Shown: positions 1-12,542, numbered from the stretch's first letter. The stretch: DNA of 64,000 nt from Amoebidium appalachense (GCA_963693365.1 CAVNZM010000002.1:4108259-4172258); one strand, 5' to 3'. Translations and numbers: made by a program. Notes: generated by a model not told the origin, from the sequence alone.

Positions 1-208
1 AGAAGAGGCTTGGTTTCAACTTACATAGCAAGGTGTTTTAAGGTGTTATAATTGAGGAGCAGCCAAGGCAGGAAATAGGGGAGCGGGGGGGGGGGGGGGG
101 GGGGGGGGGGAAGGGGGGAGGAGGGGGGGGGGGGGGGGGTTATGATGTATAAACTGGAATGTAGCTTGCAGCCTAACCGCTACCTGCACACAACGTGAGA
201 GAACCTAC

Positions 209-285
209 TTTCCGTATGTGCCCTCTCCTATGGTGTCCAGGATGTGCAGGTCGTCAATGCCGATGGATGACGACGCGGCAGGCAT
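209..285 (-). CDS. First coding exon of a protein kinase gene that runs off the left edge of the window
   Basis: Minus strand reads aaaaATG then MPAASSSIGIDDLHILDTIGEGTYGK, containing the GxGxYG glycine-rich loop of kinase subdomain I. It is followed by a GTAGGT donor and a C-run-containing intron. Too short to appear in the ORF track. Confidence 0.75.
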
Positions 286-2169
286 TTTTCACAAAGCTGT
301 CTGTCTTCGGCCACAAGCCGTGTTTTCGTTTCTTTTCTCTATTTGTTGCACTGCTCTTATAAAGTGAGAGTAATGTACGTCGACTGCTTCTAGCTTTGGT
401 GCCTATGTGGCCACCAAAATTTTGCAATGAGGAGACTGTTTTTTTGAGCCAACGGGCAAGCCTTTGTGTGTAGTGGTTGTTGAGTACACATGCCAACGAG
501 GAGGTGGACTTTGTAACCTGCGTCCTAATAAATCCTTTTTGTTTTTTTTTAGAAAATGCGCTCAAGTTAATTCAAAGTAACAATTTTATGATTCCTTTTT
601 CTTTCCCGTTCCCTTTTTTTTTTGCAGTTTTTTGGAAGCAGATACAACTCGAGCAAGCCTAAGCTTGAGTGCACGACGTGAACGTGCCCCTCATGAAGGG
701 GTTTGCGACCGTTGGGTGAAACCCGACTTGATTGGCTTAATATTGCGCCAAAATTCAAATCCCCAAAGATGATTGGTGTGGGCGAAAGCCTTGCAACCGT
801 GCAGTGTACGGTCGGAACCTCCGACTGACCTGATTATCCGATCCAATCAAAGGTTTCCGTGACAGGGTTACGAATTGTGCACATGTAGTTATGTAAGACA
901 TGCGTGTTTGGCAATCAAAATGTGAAGACTCGATTCCTATAAAACTTCGCCAAATATTAGTATCTTTCCGCAAAATTTTACAAGTGCATATAAAGGGCAT
1001 TAATTGCGCTGATGTATAAAATTTATGTCAAAGATCCATCAAATATACGCGCCGACATAGGTCGAAAATTACTCTAACTATTTGAGGGGGGAAAATGCTG
1101 TTCCAGTGGTTTAAAAATGCCTCGTTGTGCAGTGTGTACAGCTTTAGATTATTCAAAAAGTGTATATATATATATGAACGTTCGTCGTATTCAGTAGCAA
1201 ATTTGCTGTCAATACGTCTCGGAAGACTTTCGAAGATGGAGCTTCAAAGTGCAGAACTTGTCAGTATGATTTTTGGATTTGGGGCTGATGCTTCAGATCT
1301 AGACGTCAATCTGAAGAAAGAAAGGATGGCAATGCTGGAGAGCATGGTGTTGCTGATCTTTCTTTTTTTTTTTGTTTACTTTTTTGATGGTATGGTTGCC
1401 TGGGGCATTTTAGGAGGGCATGGTGAGGAGCAGGAATGGCTTGGGGTGGGTGTGGAGCGCACTTGAAAAGGTTGGAAAGGAGTAGCAAGAAAATTTCAGC
1501 AGATGTTTTCTATGGTTGGAAATTGTTTTTATCTCTTATTATTTTTTTGGATTCATCGCTTGCTCTTTCAATACTAAAGATGACATAGTCTCATTTTGCA
1601 TGTTTCTTGCAATTTTTCAGTGGTGGGGTTTGGTGAAAACCGTAGTTCGGCACCTGTTGTCATTGGGTAGAACGGATGGTTGAGATTCGTGCTGGAGCTG
1701 TCTGTTCAAGAGAAGGTGTAGTTTGTTTGCGGAAATTTTTGAAGGCGAGAATGCATTTTAAGTGCCACCTACGCTGTTGTGGTGCAGATCGGTGCATGAG
1801 AAGTGTGAATAGCAGCTGTATTGTTTTTGTGCTTGGGTGTCATGTTGGCAAGTCAGGCATGAACAAAACAATAATAAAAAAATCCAACATAACGTCAAGG
1901 TGTCAGGTAAATGGATCACTGGTGGAGCTAAAAAAATTATTTCAAATACTTGTATACCTAGTATCATAAGTGTGAAACTAGATAATGGGCGTTTTTATTA
2001 TAGACGCTGTGTCAGGCGGATCTTTTGATTGTGTGTTCAATGTCATGGGTATTAGTAGATGGGATGCTGTAAGGATGCTTTTAGAAGTGCGCAATCACCC
2101 GGAAGTGAGGATCAAGGTTTTTAATTAAATTATGGATATAGGATTTGGGGAAAAGGAGAAAGGAGTGTT

Positions 2170-2347
2170 CATACATAGTCACCCAGGCCCTTCCCTTTCT
2201 GCCATTTTTCCTTCTCAGGTTCCTTAGTCATCTTTGTATTATTCCCTTTCTTTCTTCCCCCTTCCTCTTCCTCCTCTTCTAATAAATCTCTCGAGTTCTC
2301 CTCGACAGCATTAAACTGCCTTTTGGGAGTGCACGTGTGTGTAAGAG

Positions 2348-2378
<31 letters not shown>

Positions 2379-2682
2379 CCTCGGACCGGGGAGGATGTGC
2401 AATGAGTGTTTGTACATACCCAAGCCTTTCCCATTCTGCCTCTTTCCTTCTTTCTTAGTCCATTTTTTTGGTAATATTCCCTTTCTTTCTTCCCCCTTCG
2501 TCGTCTTCTTTTACATAAATCTCTCGAGTTCTCCTCCTTCTTTCCCGGCCTCGTCTCCCTCTACTGGAAAGAAGACAAAGAAAGGGCTAAGCTGCCTTTT
2601 GTGAATGCACGTGTGTGTGTGTGTGTATGTGGAGAGTATGTGTGTGTGTGAAAACAAAGGAGAAGTGTGTGTGTGTGTGGAT

Positions 2683-2720
<38 letters not shown>
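2170..2720 (-). repeat. Degenerate tandem duplication of a ~250-280 bp unit (C-run/(CA)n, acceptor-like aaaggcag, purine-rich exon-like block)
   Basis: Shared + strand blocks: ctgcctttt..gcacgtgtgtgt (~2317, ~2593), taaatctctcgagttctcctc (~2283, ~2516) and tattccctttctttctt.cccc (~2241, ~2475). Confidence 0.7.
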
Positions 2721-2722
<2 letters not shown>

Positions 2723-3435
2723 GGGGGAGGGGGAGGGGGAGGGGGGGGGGAGGGGAGGAAGGAGGGGAGGGGAGGGAGGAGGACGGGGGAGGATCACGAA
2801 AGTGCCGTTCGCCCTGCAGAAAACCAAAATCGAGCTAATATTGTAATCGCCACAACTTAGTAGTCCCCGTATCAGGCACACAGTTATGATTTCAACACCA
2901 GCAGCACCCACCGTGAAATTTACACACAGAACTAACTCCTTAAAAATCAAAAAAAACCATAATTTAGCACGAATTACCGGGGCGGCCGATTCTCTCAGTG
3001 AAGCGAGAGCGGAACTGAGGCTGTTGTTCAAACTATTTTGTTTTTTTTTGACCTGCTCAGCTGCCCGGAACTTATTTATTATCGAGCGATTCGAGGTGTA
3101 TGATGATTAGTTACTAATCATGCAACTGTACCACCGATACCAAAAACTTGATGTGATTTCGCTTTTGAGATTGTCAGGGCGAAGATAGAGTATATTGGCA
3201 GTAAGCATTTTCCTGTTTTGTTTACATATGCTATGATCCACAATCTACACATTTCTAAGACAACGGCTGATAATGGATACAATACTAACTCTATATTAAT
3301 AAATCTTGACTTCTCATTGAGTTGGCCAGGCCTGCTGCGCTTTTAGTTGTTGCTTTTCCTCCGAATTTTTGCGTCACTGATTAGCGACTGATAATGTAGT
3401 CGCTACTTGATTGGCGTAGAGTTTTCAGCAATCAG

Positions 3436-3497
3436 GAGATGATTGGAGGAAAAAAATCCCGATTTGGAATATGTCGTCATAATTTTATCATCGTGCG
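3436..3497 (+). promoter_or_regulatory. Conserved Amt upstream box, copy 1 (separated from its gene by the YR retrotransposon)
   Basis: agatgattgg...gattt..aatatgtcgtca..ttttatcatcg.gcg matches the boxes at 33970-34031 and 39898-39957. It contains an inverted CCAAT, a CGTCA half-site and an inverted GATAA. Confidence 0.7.
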
Positions 3498-3708
3498 CAC
3501 TCTTCAATCAGTGCTTGCAAGCATGTCTGATGCGTTGACAACGTTGAGTCCTCGGATCACACATTTCTGCAAAAGCACATATCTTCCTTCGCAACCAGCT
3601 CCATAGTAGAAAATAAAAAACTACAAAATACTACATAGGATGTATACCGGAGTGATCTGCTGCTTTCAAATACAAAGCACGAGTTGGCAAACATGATCAT
3701 TTGATGGT

Positions 3709-3984
3709 TGTACGTTTCATATGCGCAGCAGATGAAAGATGTTTCACGGATCACTTCGGGCGCAGGCAGCCGGGCGGCCCATGACGTCACGGGCCGCGGC
3801 GCCAGGCGCAGCCGCAGCGGCGGCTGACATCGGTCTGGCGCAGCGCCTGACGTCAGGCGCCACCAGCGCCGGTATTTCCGGCGCAGCACACTGCAGATGC
3901 AGGCCACCTTCGTTTTCGCCGTGTGCTGCACGTACGGTTTTTGTTAGCACGATTGCGTTTTCGGTGGCTAGCACACGGCGGCTC
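3709..3984 (+). repeat. Split direct repeat A1 (276 bp)
   Basis: Matches 13803-14078 with two visible substitutions. Contains TGACGTCA at 3782 and the 18-bp palindrome gcgcctgacgtcaggcgc at 3843-3860. Confidence 0.95.
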
Positions 3985-3988
3985 AAGT

Positions 3989-4061
3989 ATGGAAGTAGAC
4001 CCAACAGACAATGGCCCTGCAGCACAGGCAGGGCAGGAGGCGCGCCCTCCTGTGCAGGACG

Positions 4062-4133
<72 letters not shown>

Positions 4134-5413
4134 TTGCCCTGACCCCTGAGCTGGCAGCGACCATTCGCATGTCTGCTTCTGAGGTGGCCAACGCGACCCG
4201 TCAGGCCCTGCAGGCCAGCCCGGCCCCCCCTTCCCAGCAAGATCTTCTCCTGCGCGCCTTCCCCCACCTCGTCAACCTTGGCGGGGGCGGAACCGGTAGG
4301 AACCCCCCTGTCACGGGGCCCCCTGCCGCTGCGGCGGGGGCCGTGGATGCTGTAGAGCAACCCCCCGGCAACGCCAACAAGCGCCCCCGTGAGGAGGACC
4401 CTCAGGGCGGCGACATGCACCAGCTGCCTCCGCCGCCCAATGCCCTGCAACTGGCCGTTTGGGGGGCCAGCCAGCGCAGCCAGTCGAACCCACCCTGCCC
4501 CCACCTGTCCCCGGAGGTCCGGGGGGCTGCCATCTTCGAGCCTATGCAGCATTTCGCTTTACTCGACCTGCTGCCGCCCACGGGCTCTTCTGTCCACACG
4601 CAGCGCCAGCCGGTTTCCCTGCCTGGCCTGCCTGCTGGCACGGTTGTGCTGCAGACGCCTGGCACCCAGCGCCAGCCCGCCCTGTGCCCGGACCTGCAGA
4701 CCTACCTGCGCTGCATCTTGCAGCTGCTACGCCTACGCATCAACGCCGACGCCCCCGTCACGGCCCTGCTGGCCCACGCCGAGTTTGTGGCCACTGAGTT
4801 GGCACCCGAGTACCAGTGGGCTGCCATCATGCGCTGGGAGGATGCACACCGCCGGTCGTGCGCTGCCTCTGGCCGCCCACTCGACGCACCCGACGCTGTG
4901 CAGCTGGCCGTGTCCCTGTCTGGTGCCCGCCTGCACCAGGCACCCACCGCTCCCCGCACACCCCGGCAGCCTGCCTCTGGGGGGGCCACAGCCAGCCCTC
5001 GCGCCAGCCCGGCCCCTGCTGCGGATGAGATATGCCGGGGCTTCAACACGGCCAAGGGCTGCACCAGGAAGGGACCCAACCCTTGCCGCTACAAGCACGC
5101 CTGCCTGAAGTGCGGCTCAGCGGCGCACGGCGCACACGCCTGCCCTCCCAACCCAGCCAACGGGGCGGGGGAAGGGGGGGGCCAACCCGGCTTAGGGGGC
5201 CCACCCCCCTTTCGGGCAGGGGCTGACGTCCGCGCTGGGCCTGCCCTCTCCGTTGCCCTGCGGGGCCCATGGTCGCCCCCCCCAGCGGCACCACCACAGA
5301 CCGTATCTGTCCCCAACTTCCGCCGTTTGTTTGAGTTGTTTCCGCGCCCCGACAGTGCGTTTCAGCAGGCTCTGCTCCGCGACTTAGAGCTGGGCTTCTC
5401 GGTCGGTTACTTC
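3989..5413 (+). CDS. YR-retrotransposon Gag-like protein, continuing in frame into the RT N-terminus
   Basis: ATG lies just after A1 (MEVDPT). Contains polyQ and the Cys/His finger CRGFNTAKGC..C...H.CLKC....H....C, then ALLRDLELGFSVGY, which resembles the pre-RT region of DIRS/Ngaro elements. Confidence 0.8.
4064..4129 (+). repeat. (CAG)22 encoding polyglutamine in Gag
   Basis: Uninterrupted CAG run. Confidence 0.95.
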
Positions 5414-5415
5414 AG

Positions 5416-6528
5416 TTCGGCGAGCGGGTCACCCGGGTGGGCCGAAACCACCCGTCCGCGCTGGCGGCCCGTGAGCAGCTTGCAGCCGACATTGCGAAGG
5501 AAGTGGCATGCGGCCACATCCTGGGCCCCTTCACCCGCGACGAGATGGTGGCCCTTTATCCTTATTTTGTATCCTCGCCCCTCGGGGCAGTTCCCAAAAA
5601 GGGCGGCACGGGCGTCCGCCGCATCCACGACCTTTCCTTCCCGCGTGGCTCCAGTATCAACGATGGGGTCGATTACCCGGATCAGCTGGAGTACATCACC
5701 ATCCGCACGGTGATGCAAACAGTAGCTCGGCTCGGCCAGGGCTGCTTCCTCGGGGCATACGACGTGAAGGGTGCCTTTCGTCACGGCCCGGTGCACCCAG
5801 ACGACCAGCCACTGCTGTCGTTCCAGCTGCTAGGCGCGTTCTATGTGGAGACCCGCCTACCGTTTGGCTTGCGGTCCAGCCCAGCGTTCTGGGAACGCAT
5901 AGCTCAGGCCCTGCAGCACTTCGCCCACGCCCTCAACGCCACAGAGACACAGCATTTTGTGGACGACTTCTTTTTCGGCGGCCGTACGCTGCAAGAGTGC
6001 GCCTTCAACATGCTGGTGTTTCGGTGGGTGTGCTCGAAGGTGGGTGTTACGCTTGCCGACGACAAAGTGCAGCTGCCCTCACACACGCTCATCTACTCTG
6101 GGCTCGAGTGGGACACTCTGCGCATGGAGGCCCGCTTACCTGCCGTCAAGCTGACCGAGCTCCGGGCCCTGCTAGCCGATTGGCGGGGTCGCACCAAGGC
6201 CACTGTTCGAGACCTACGGTCCCTGTGCGGCAAGCTCATGTGGTGTGCTCAGGTTGTGGCGCTGGGGCGTGCCCGTGCCTTTCTTCAACGCTTGCTTCAT
6301 CTGCTGGCGGAGGCTGAGAGGGCCGGCCTAGGGCCCCACCACCACATCCGTGTCTGCGCCGACGCACGAGCCGACGTTGTGCTGTGGTCGGAGTTCCTCC
6401 CCGAGTGGAACGGCATACGTGTGCTTACCCCCCCCCGTGCATCACATGTTCACCACAGATGCGGCCGGCAGCATAGGATGCGGTGGCTACTGGGGTCAAG
6501 CGTGGTTTCACCTAGCATGGACGGACCA
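5416..6528 (+). CDS. YR-retrotransposon reverse transcriptase and RNase H N-terminus (frameshifted, interrupted by copia)
   Basis: Motifs NHPSA, SPLGAVPKKG, RRIHDLS, DVKGAF, LPFGLRSSP and FVDD. After a frame change at the C-run (~6428-6436) it reads TDAAGSIGCGGYWG..WF. Confidence 0.9.
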
Positions 6529-9500
6529 TGTAACTTAGAGGTTTCTCTGTGAGACTTTATTATTTGCTGACTTGCATTGACTGGCCTGCCGGGACCTTTA
6601 TATACTTGTGGTCTGGCTCACTGGAATGTTACATACTATTCCCGATTGGTCTACCCGCCGCTATGGATCTAGTCGCTACCAATCAAAGCACTCCAATAGA
6701 ATCTTCTAGACTCTTCTAGATCTATCCTGATCTATCGTGAACCTATCCACCAGTTTATCCCGAATATCTCGAATATTCCCGATCACTAGTGCTACGCTAA
6801 CGCAGGGCATACCGGATGGCTATCCTGTTCGACACCCCCACTTGCACTGTGTTCTATCTATGTACCGCATGCAACCTAAACCTAAGATGCAACTCTAAAA
6901 CTATGCTACTATACTAACACATATAACACCTACTATACGAACATTAACACTACACTATTTGTAGTTCTTACTCAGCCATGCCGATGGCCTGCCGATGCTG
7001 CACCAACTTAAGTCTCCCTAAAGCTTTGGTGCACATGTCGGCCACGTTACTGTTCGTGCTGCAATACACAAGTTCTACATCCCCATTCTCCACACACTCA
7101 CGGGTGTAGTGGTACTGAACGTCGATGTGTTTGCTCCTGTTATGGAGCATCGGGTTCCTTGCAAGCTTGATGCTGGCCTGGTTGTCGGCGTAGATGATGG
7201 TCGCCTCACTCATATCGTAGCCCAGCTGCCCCAGCAGCTGTCGTAGCCACTTAGCCTCTTTGACTGCCAGGCACGTAGCCATATACTCCGCCTCTGTAGA
7301 TGAAGTAGCCACAGTCTTCTGTTGCTTGCTGCCCCAGCTGATGGCAGATCCATTGGCAGTAAAGATGTATCCGCTCGTCGACTTACGGTCGTCGGAGTTG
7401 CCAGCGTAATCGGAGTCAGTGAATCCCTCCACTGTTGTACTCCCTCCTCCGCGGTAGACAATCCCGTAGTTGGTTGTCCCCTTGAGGTACCGGAGAAGAT
7501 GTTTGGCTGCGTCCCAGTGTTGAAGTCCCGGGTTGCTCACGAACTTACTAAGTTCCCCCACTGCTTGTGCAATGTCTGGCCGGGTGGCCACCATTGCGTA
7601 CATTAAGGAGCCCACAGCTCTGGCATAAGGAACTTGCCGCATCGCCACTCTCTCCTCCTCGCTTGCCGGACTCATGGCCTTGCTCAACACGCATCGCTCC
7701 GGTAGCGGTGTTGACTTAGCCTTGCAGTCGACCATGTTGAAGCGCCGCATCAATGACTTGATGTACGTTTCCTGTGACAATTTTATATCGCCTGTTGCAG
7801 CGTCACGACTGACCTGCACACCGAGTAGCAGCTTTGGCTCGCCGATCACCTTGACGGAGAACTTCGTCGCAACCTGCCTGACGAATTCTTGAATAAGATC
7901 ATCTGTCGACGCCGCCACTAGCATGTCGTCCACATGCACAGCCACCACCGTCTTTCCACTTCCGTTGACCTTGAAGTAGACACATCGATCAGCTTCCACA
8001 CGTGTGAAGCCAAGATCGACCATAGCCTCATGCATCTTCTCATTCCAGCACCTTGCTGCTTGCTTGAGGCCATACAGACTTTTGTGCAAACGACACACAT
8101 AGTCTTCCTTTCCGGGTACCTCGTACCCACGCGGTTGCTGCATGTACAGCTCTTCCTTGATGTCGCCGTTCAGGAACGCCGTGACGATATCTATTTGTGT
8201 GAGGTGCATGTTCTCTGCCGCTGCCATAGCGAAGAGAAGTCTGAAGCTGGTGAACTTGGCCACCGGGGCAAAGGTCTCTTCGTAGTCTATCCCCTCTTGC
8301 TGAGAGAAGCCCCTGGCCACACCACGGGCCTTGTAGCGCTCGACACTGCCGTCGGCGTTGCGTTTCATCTTGAAGACCCACTTGAAGGAAACTGCCCGAC
8401 GACCTGGTGGGAGTGGCACCAGTGACCATGTCCCATTCTTGACTAGAGATTCGTACTCCTCGTCCAGCGCAGCCTTCCACTTTGCACCATCTGGCCTGGA
8501 GATTGCTTCTTCCAGTGTCACAGGGTCATCCTCATTGCTATCAGCACTCTCAATTGCTATGCTGATACTGTCGCGGTACTCTACTACACCTGCGTTGATG
8601 CCGTAGGTCCCACCGCGCCTTGTAGTCATAGACGGATAGGCACTTCTGGTTGCAACCTGCAACTCTGCACTATCTTCCTCGTCTCCTGACCCTGCCGCGT
8701 CCGAATCGCCGCTGTCCTCGCCCGCGCCGTCGCCGATAGCATCTGAATCATATCCACTGTCAGTGCCGATTGCAGGCTTCCGAAAGGAATGTTGCTTCTT
8801 GACGCTGATTGGATTCCTCGATTCCAAGCTCTGCTGATTTCCGATTGGCTTATGCATCAGCAATTCCATTGGCTCATCTTGCACCACCGGAATACCGGCC
8901 TTTGGGGTGCATGATTCATCGATCACCACATCTCGCCCGACGATAGTCTTGCGCGCCTCGGTGTCCCACAACAAGTACGTCTTGCTGTCACCTGTGTAGC
9001 CGACGAATTTACACTCCCGACTCTTGGCGTCTAGCTTCCTGCGCTCGTCCTTCGGCACATGGACAAATGCCTTGCTACCAAATACACGTAGATGGCTAAC
9101 ATCGGGCTTCTCTCCATACCATGCCTCCCAAGGTGTCATGCCACCCAGTACTGTGGTTGGCGTCAGGTTCTTGATGTACACAGCTGCCTGTACTGCCAGC
9201 TGCCACTGAACCCCATACTCATGCCTGCTGACTGCAGCATGCAGCGCGCCGTCTCGACAATGGTCCTGTTAGCCCTCTCTGCTACACCATTCTGCTCTGG
9301 TGTGTAAGGGACTGTCGCCTCATGTTCAATGCCGCACGCTTCCAGGAACGACTTGAACTCAGTGGAGGTGTACTCACCCCCGTTGTCGGAACGCAGAATC
9401 TTGATGCTGGCACCGTGTTGCTTCTCTACGTGTGCCTTGTACTTCTTGAAGTAAGTATGCACTTGGGATTTATGTTTCATGAAGTACACCGTAGTGAACC

Positions 9501-11453
9501 TTGTCTTGTCGTCGATGAAGGTGACATAATACTTGGAACCTTGCAGCGACTCCTTGTTGAACGGTCCTGCCACATCAGAATGAACTCTGTCGAGCTTCGC
9601 TGGCGCTGTCTTGCGGGGTAGCTTACTGAAAGAGAGCCGGGCTTGCTTCCCTCTCGCGCATCCCTCGCACACACCGTCATCCTGGGTTTTGCAGTCGATG
9701 CACAGACCCTCGACGATGTTTTCTTTAACCATCTTCTGTAGCGTGTTTATTGCCACATGACCAAACCGCCGGTGCCATAAACTGGCGCTGCCCTTTACCG
9801 GCTCACACACGGTGTTACCCCCACTGCTGCCGACTGCAGTGGTCACCATGTTCACGCTCTCACATATGGGTTTCACTAGGAGACGATACAGGCCTCCCTC
9901 CACTACCCCACGGGCCACAACTTGGCCATCTGTGGCACTCTCAATCGTACACTGTCGACCGTCGGTGATGCCTCTTAACCCGTGCTTGCCGGCGCTTGAA
10001 GCCGACATCACGTTAGTTCCAAATGCTGGCACGTACAGCACATTCTGCAGTCTAAATGTCATGCTGTTGCCCTGGAACTCACTTGTTAATCTTACGACGC
10101 CTATTCCTAGCGCCATCACACCCGGGGTGTTACCCAGAGCGACGGGTTTGGGTGTGATCGACCGGAAGTCTTCCATCCAGTCCTTTCGGCATGTGACATG
10201 GGAGGTTGCGCCGCAGTCCCAATACCACTCAGTTGAAGAAGGGAGTCCGCTGTTTACCGCCATGGCGAGTATCTCCTTGGAAGCTCCGTTCTGCTTCGCC
10301 TTGTCGTCGCGATTGCCGCCCTTCTTCTTCTTTGGACACTGTGACTTGTAGTGCCCAAACTTGTGACATTTGTAACACTCCACCTTGGATATGTCAGTCA
10401 CGCGCGGCTTGCCGGTGTCCTGTCGTGGCGTACCGCCGCGCCATTGGGTGCTGGTCATCATCACCCGCTGCTGTTCCCTTGCAGCCTCGTTCTCCTCAAA
10501 ACCACGCAGCTTGGCGATTATCTTTTCCATTGTCTTCTCAGCTGCTGGTAAAGCTTGAATGGTCCTAACGTCGGTGCGGAATCGGTCGTCAGCGCCTACA
10601 CCGTCCAGGAATTTCTCGGCAACCATGTCCTCACTAACTCCATTGGGATCGATATGAAGAAGATCCTGCACAATGCACTCCAGGCGGGCCGCATACTCCA
10701 GCACGCTTTCCGTCGGCATCATATCAGCACGCCAGAACTGTTGAATCAACATTCTCTTGTGCTCATCTGTGTTGCGCGCAGCGTATGATGCTACCGTATC
10801 CCATATGTCCTTGGGATTTCCTACGGCAATAGCTCGCCGACACAGGCTTGCAGGTACATCACCTAGTGTCTCCACCAGGTAGGAAGTCGCCTTCTTCTGA
10901 TCCAAGGGGTCGATCTCCACCGGAGGTTGCTCCACCGGTTCGCCGTCCTCTCCTATCACTTCAGGAGCCACGTCTTCAATCGTGTACCATAATTCCTCGC
11001 CCTCGAGGAAGCACTTCATGCGCATGGCCCACATTGAGTAGGAGATTTTGCCCTTGCCTTCTCCTTCATACATGGGAACTGGACATTTTGCTCTTCCCAT
11101 CTTGTCTCAACAGTCGCTTGATCGTAGCGTTGTACTGGGTCCGTAACCGTAACTTAGAGGTTTCTCTGTGAGACTTTATTATTTGCTGACTTGCATTGAC
11201 TGGCCTGCCGGGACCTTTATATACTTGTGGTCTGGCTCACTGGAATGTTACATACTATTCCCGATTGGTCTACCCGCCGCTATGGATCTAGTCGCTACCA
11301 ATCAAAGCACTCCAATAGAATCTTCTAGACTCTTCTAGATCTATCCTGATCTATCGTGAACCTATCCACCAGTTTATCCCGAATATCTCGAATATTCCCG
11401 ATCACTAGTGCTACGCTAACGCAGGGCATACCGGATGGCTATCCTGTTCGACA
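6529..11453 (-). mobile_element. Full-length Ty1/copia LTR retrotransposon nested in the YR element RNase H
   Basis: LTRs at 6529/30-6834 and 11149-11453 look identical. TSD GACCA at 6524-6528 and 11454-11458. PBS GGTTACGGACCCAG at 11148-11135 and a purine-rich PPT at ~6835-6845. Domain order is gag-PR-IN-RT-RH. Confidence 0.96.
6968..11100 (-). CDS. Copia gag-pol polyprotein with one frameshift in integrase (~9206)
   Basis: CYKCHKFGHYKSQC knuckle, WDCGAT protease, WHRRFGH/CEGC, HSD..SDNGGE..NGVAER integrase, HVDD RT and TDSDYAG RNase H. Split between ORFs 9163-11100 and 6968-9181. Confidence 0.93.
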
Positions 11454-11458
11454 GACCA

Positions 11459-11849
11459 TTGGCGCACGGTCATTGCTGGCGGAGATGTGTGGGCTTCCGT
11501 GCTGTTTGAGCTGGCTGGCATTGCCGTGGCCCTGGCCTGTTGGGGTCCCAGCTGTCGCAACAGCCACATACGCGTGCTCACCGATAACGACGGTGCAGTA
11601 TCTACGATCGCGTCCCGTCACTCCCCCGTCCCTGCCATTGCCCGGGTGCTGCGTCTCATCACGCTGATGGAAATGTGCTACACGGTGCTGGTCTCGGCCA
11701 AGCACATCCCTGGCGTGGAAAACTCGATTGCGGATGCCATCTCGCGAGCACAGTGGGCCACTTTCGACCGGCTGCACCCGTGGCACGCACCAGTCCCAAC
11801 ACCCGTGCCTGAGTGGCTAGCGGGGTGGTTTGCTGCCCCTCTCTCGTGA
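11459..11849 (+). CDS. C-terminal part of the YR element RNase H
   Basis: Removing the copia and one TSD restores AWTDHWRTV...FELAGIAVALACWG..LTDN..HIPGVENSIADAISR in frame. Confidence 0.92.
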
Positions 11850-12542
11850 TGGGGCTGGGCCGAGCCCCCTCCCCTGTTCCTTTGCCTTCGTATTGGGCTT
11901 GGCGTGTGGGCTGTGGGGGGCACCGACACCCCCCCTTCCCCCCTTCCCACTTTGTATATCGCACGAGTCATGTTCTGCAGTGGCGGCCGGGGCCGGCCCC
12001 CCCCCCACTACACGAACTCGCTCGGATTCCCTCACTCACCCGGTGGAGTGTTTGGGACAATACATTACGGTCTTAGGGTGTACACACGGTGTGCCTCTTT
12101 GTTCTGTGCTGGCCCGCAGTGCCAACTGCTTGTGGCGTGTCCTGCCCCCCCCCCCCCCCCCCCCCCCCTCCTTCCCCTCCCCCAACCCCCCCAACCTGGC
12201 ACCCTGCCACCCCTCCACCCGCCCCTTCGATCGTGCATGCTTAACCTCGGTGTTACACACACATGCTCATACACACCCACACACTAGCGCACACACACGC
12301 ACGCCTACACCGCGGCTGGTGCGCGCATACCCCCCCCTCCCCTTCCCCCGCCCTCCCTGCCAGCGCTGCATGCATCCTCTGCCCTTTAGCTACGCCCCCC
12401 CCCCCCCCCCCTCCCCCCCCCTTGTTTGCCTGCCTGTGCACCCGCTTGCCTGCCGCCCACCCCGCTCGTTGCCTTTACCCCCCCCCCCCCCCCCCCCCCC
12501 TGGGACTCTAGGCATGATGCTCACACAGCTCTGTCCCTGCAG

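Noticed and set aside
560-2150. Short ORFs upstream of the kinase exon
   Set aside because: AT-rich, with no recognisable motifs or consistent splice structure.
6425-6440. Programmed frameshifts at C/G runs (also ~25700 and ~29000)
   Set aside because: They fall in homopolymers where slippage or sequencing error is the simpler explanation, and not at typical gag-pol recoding positions.
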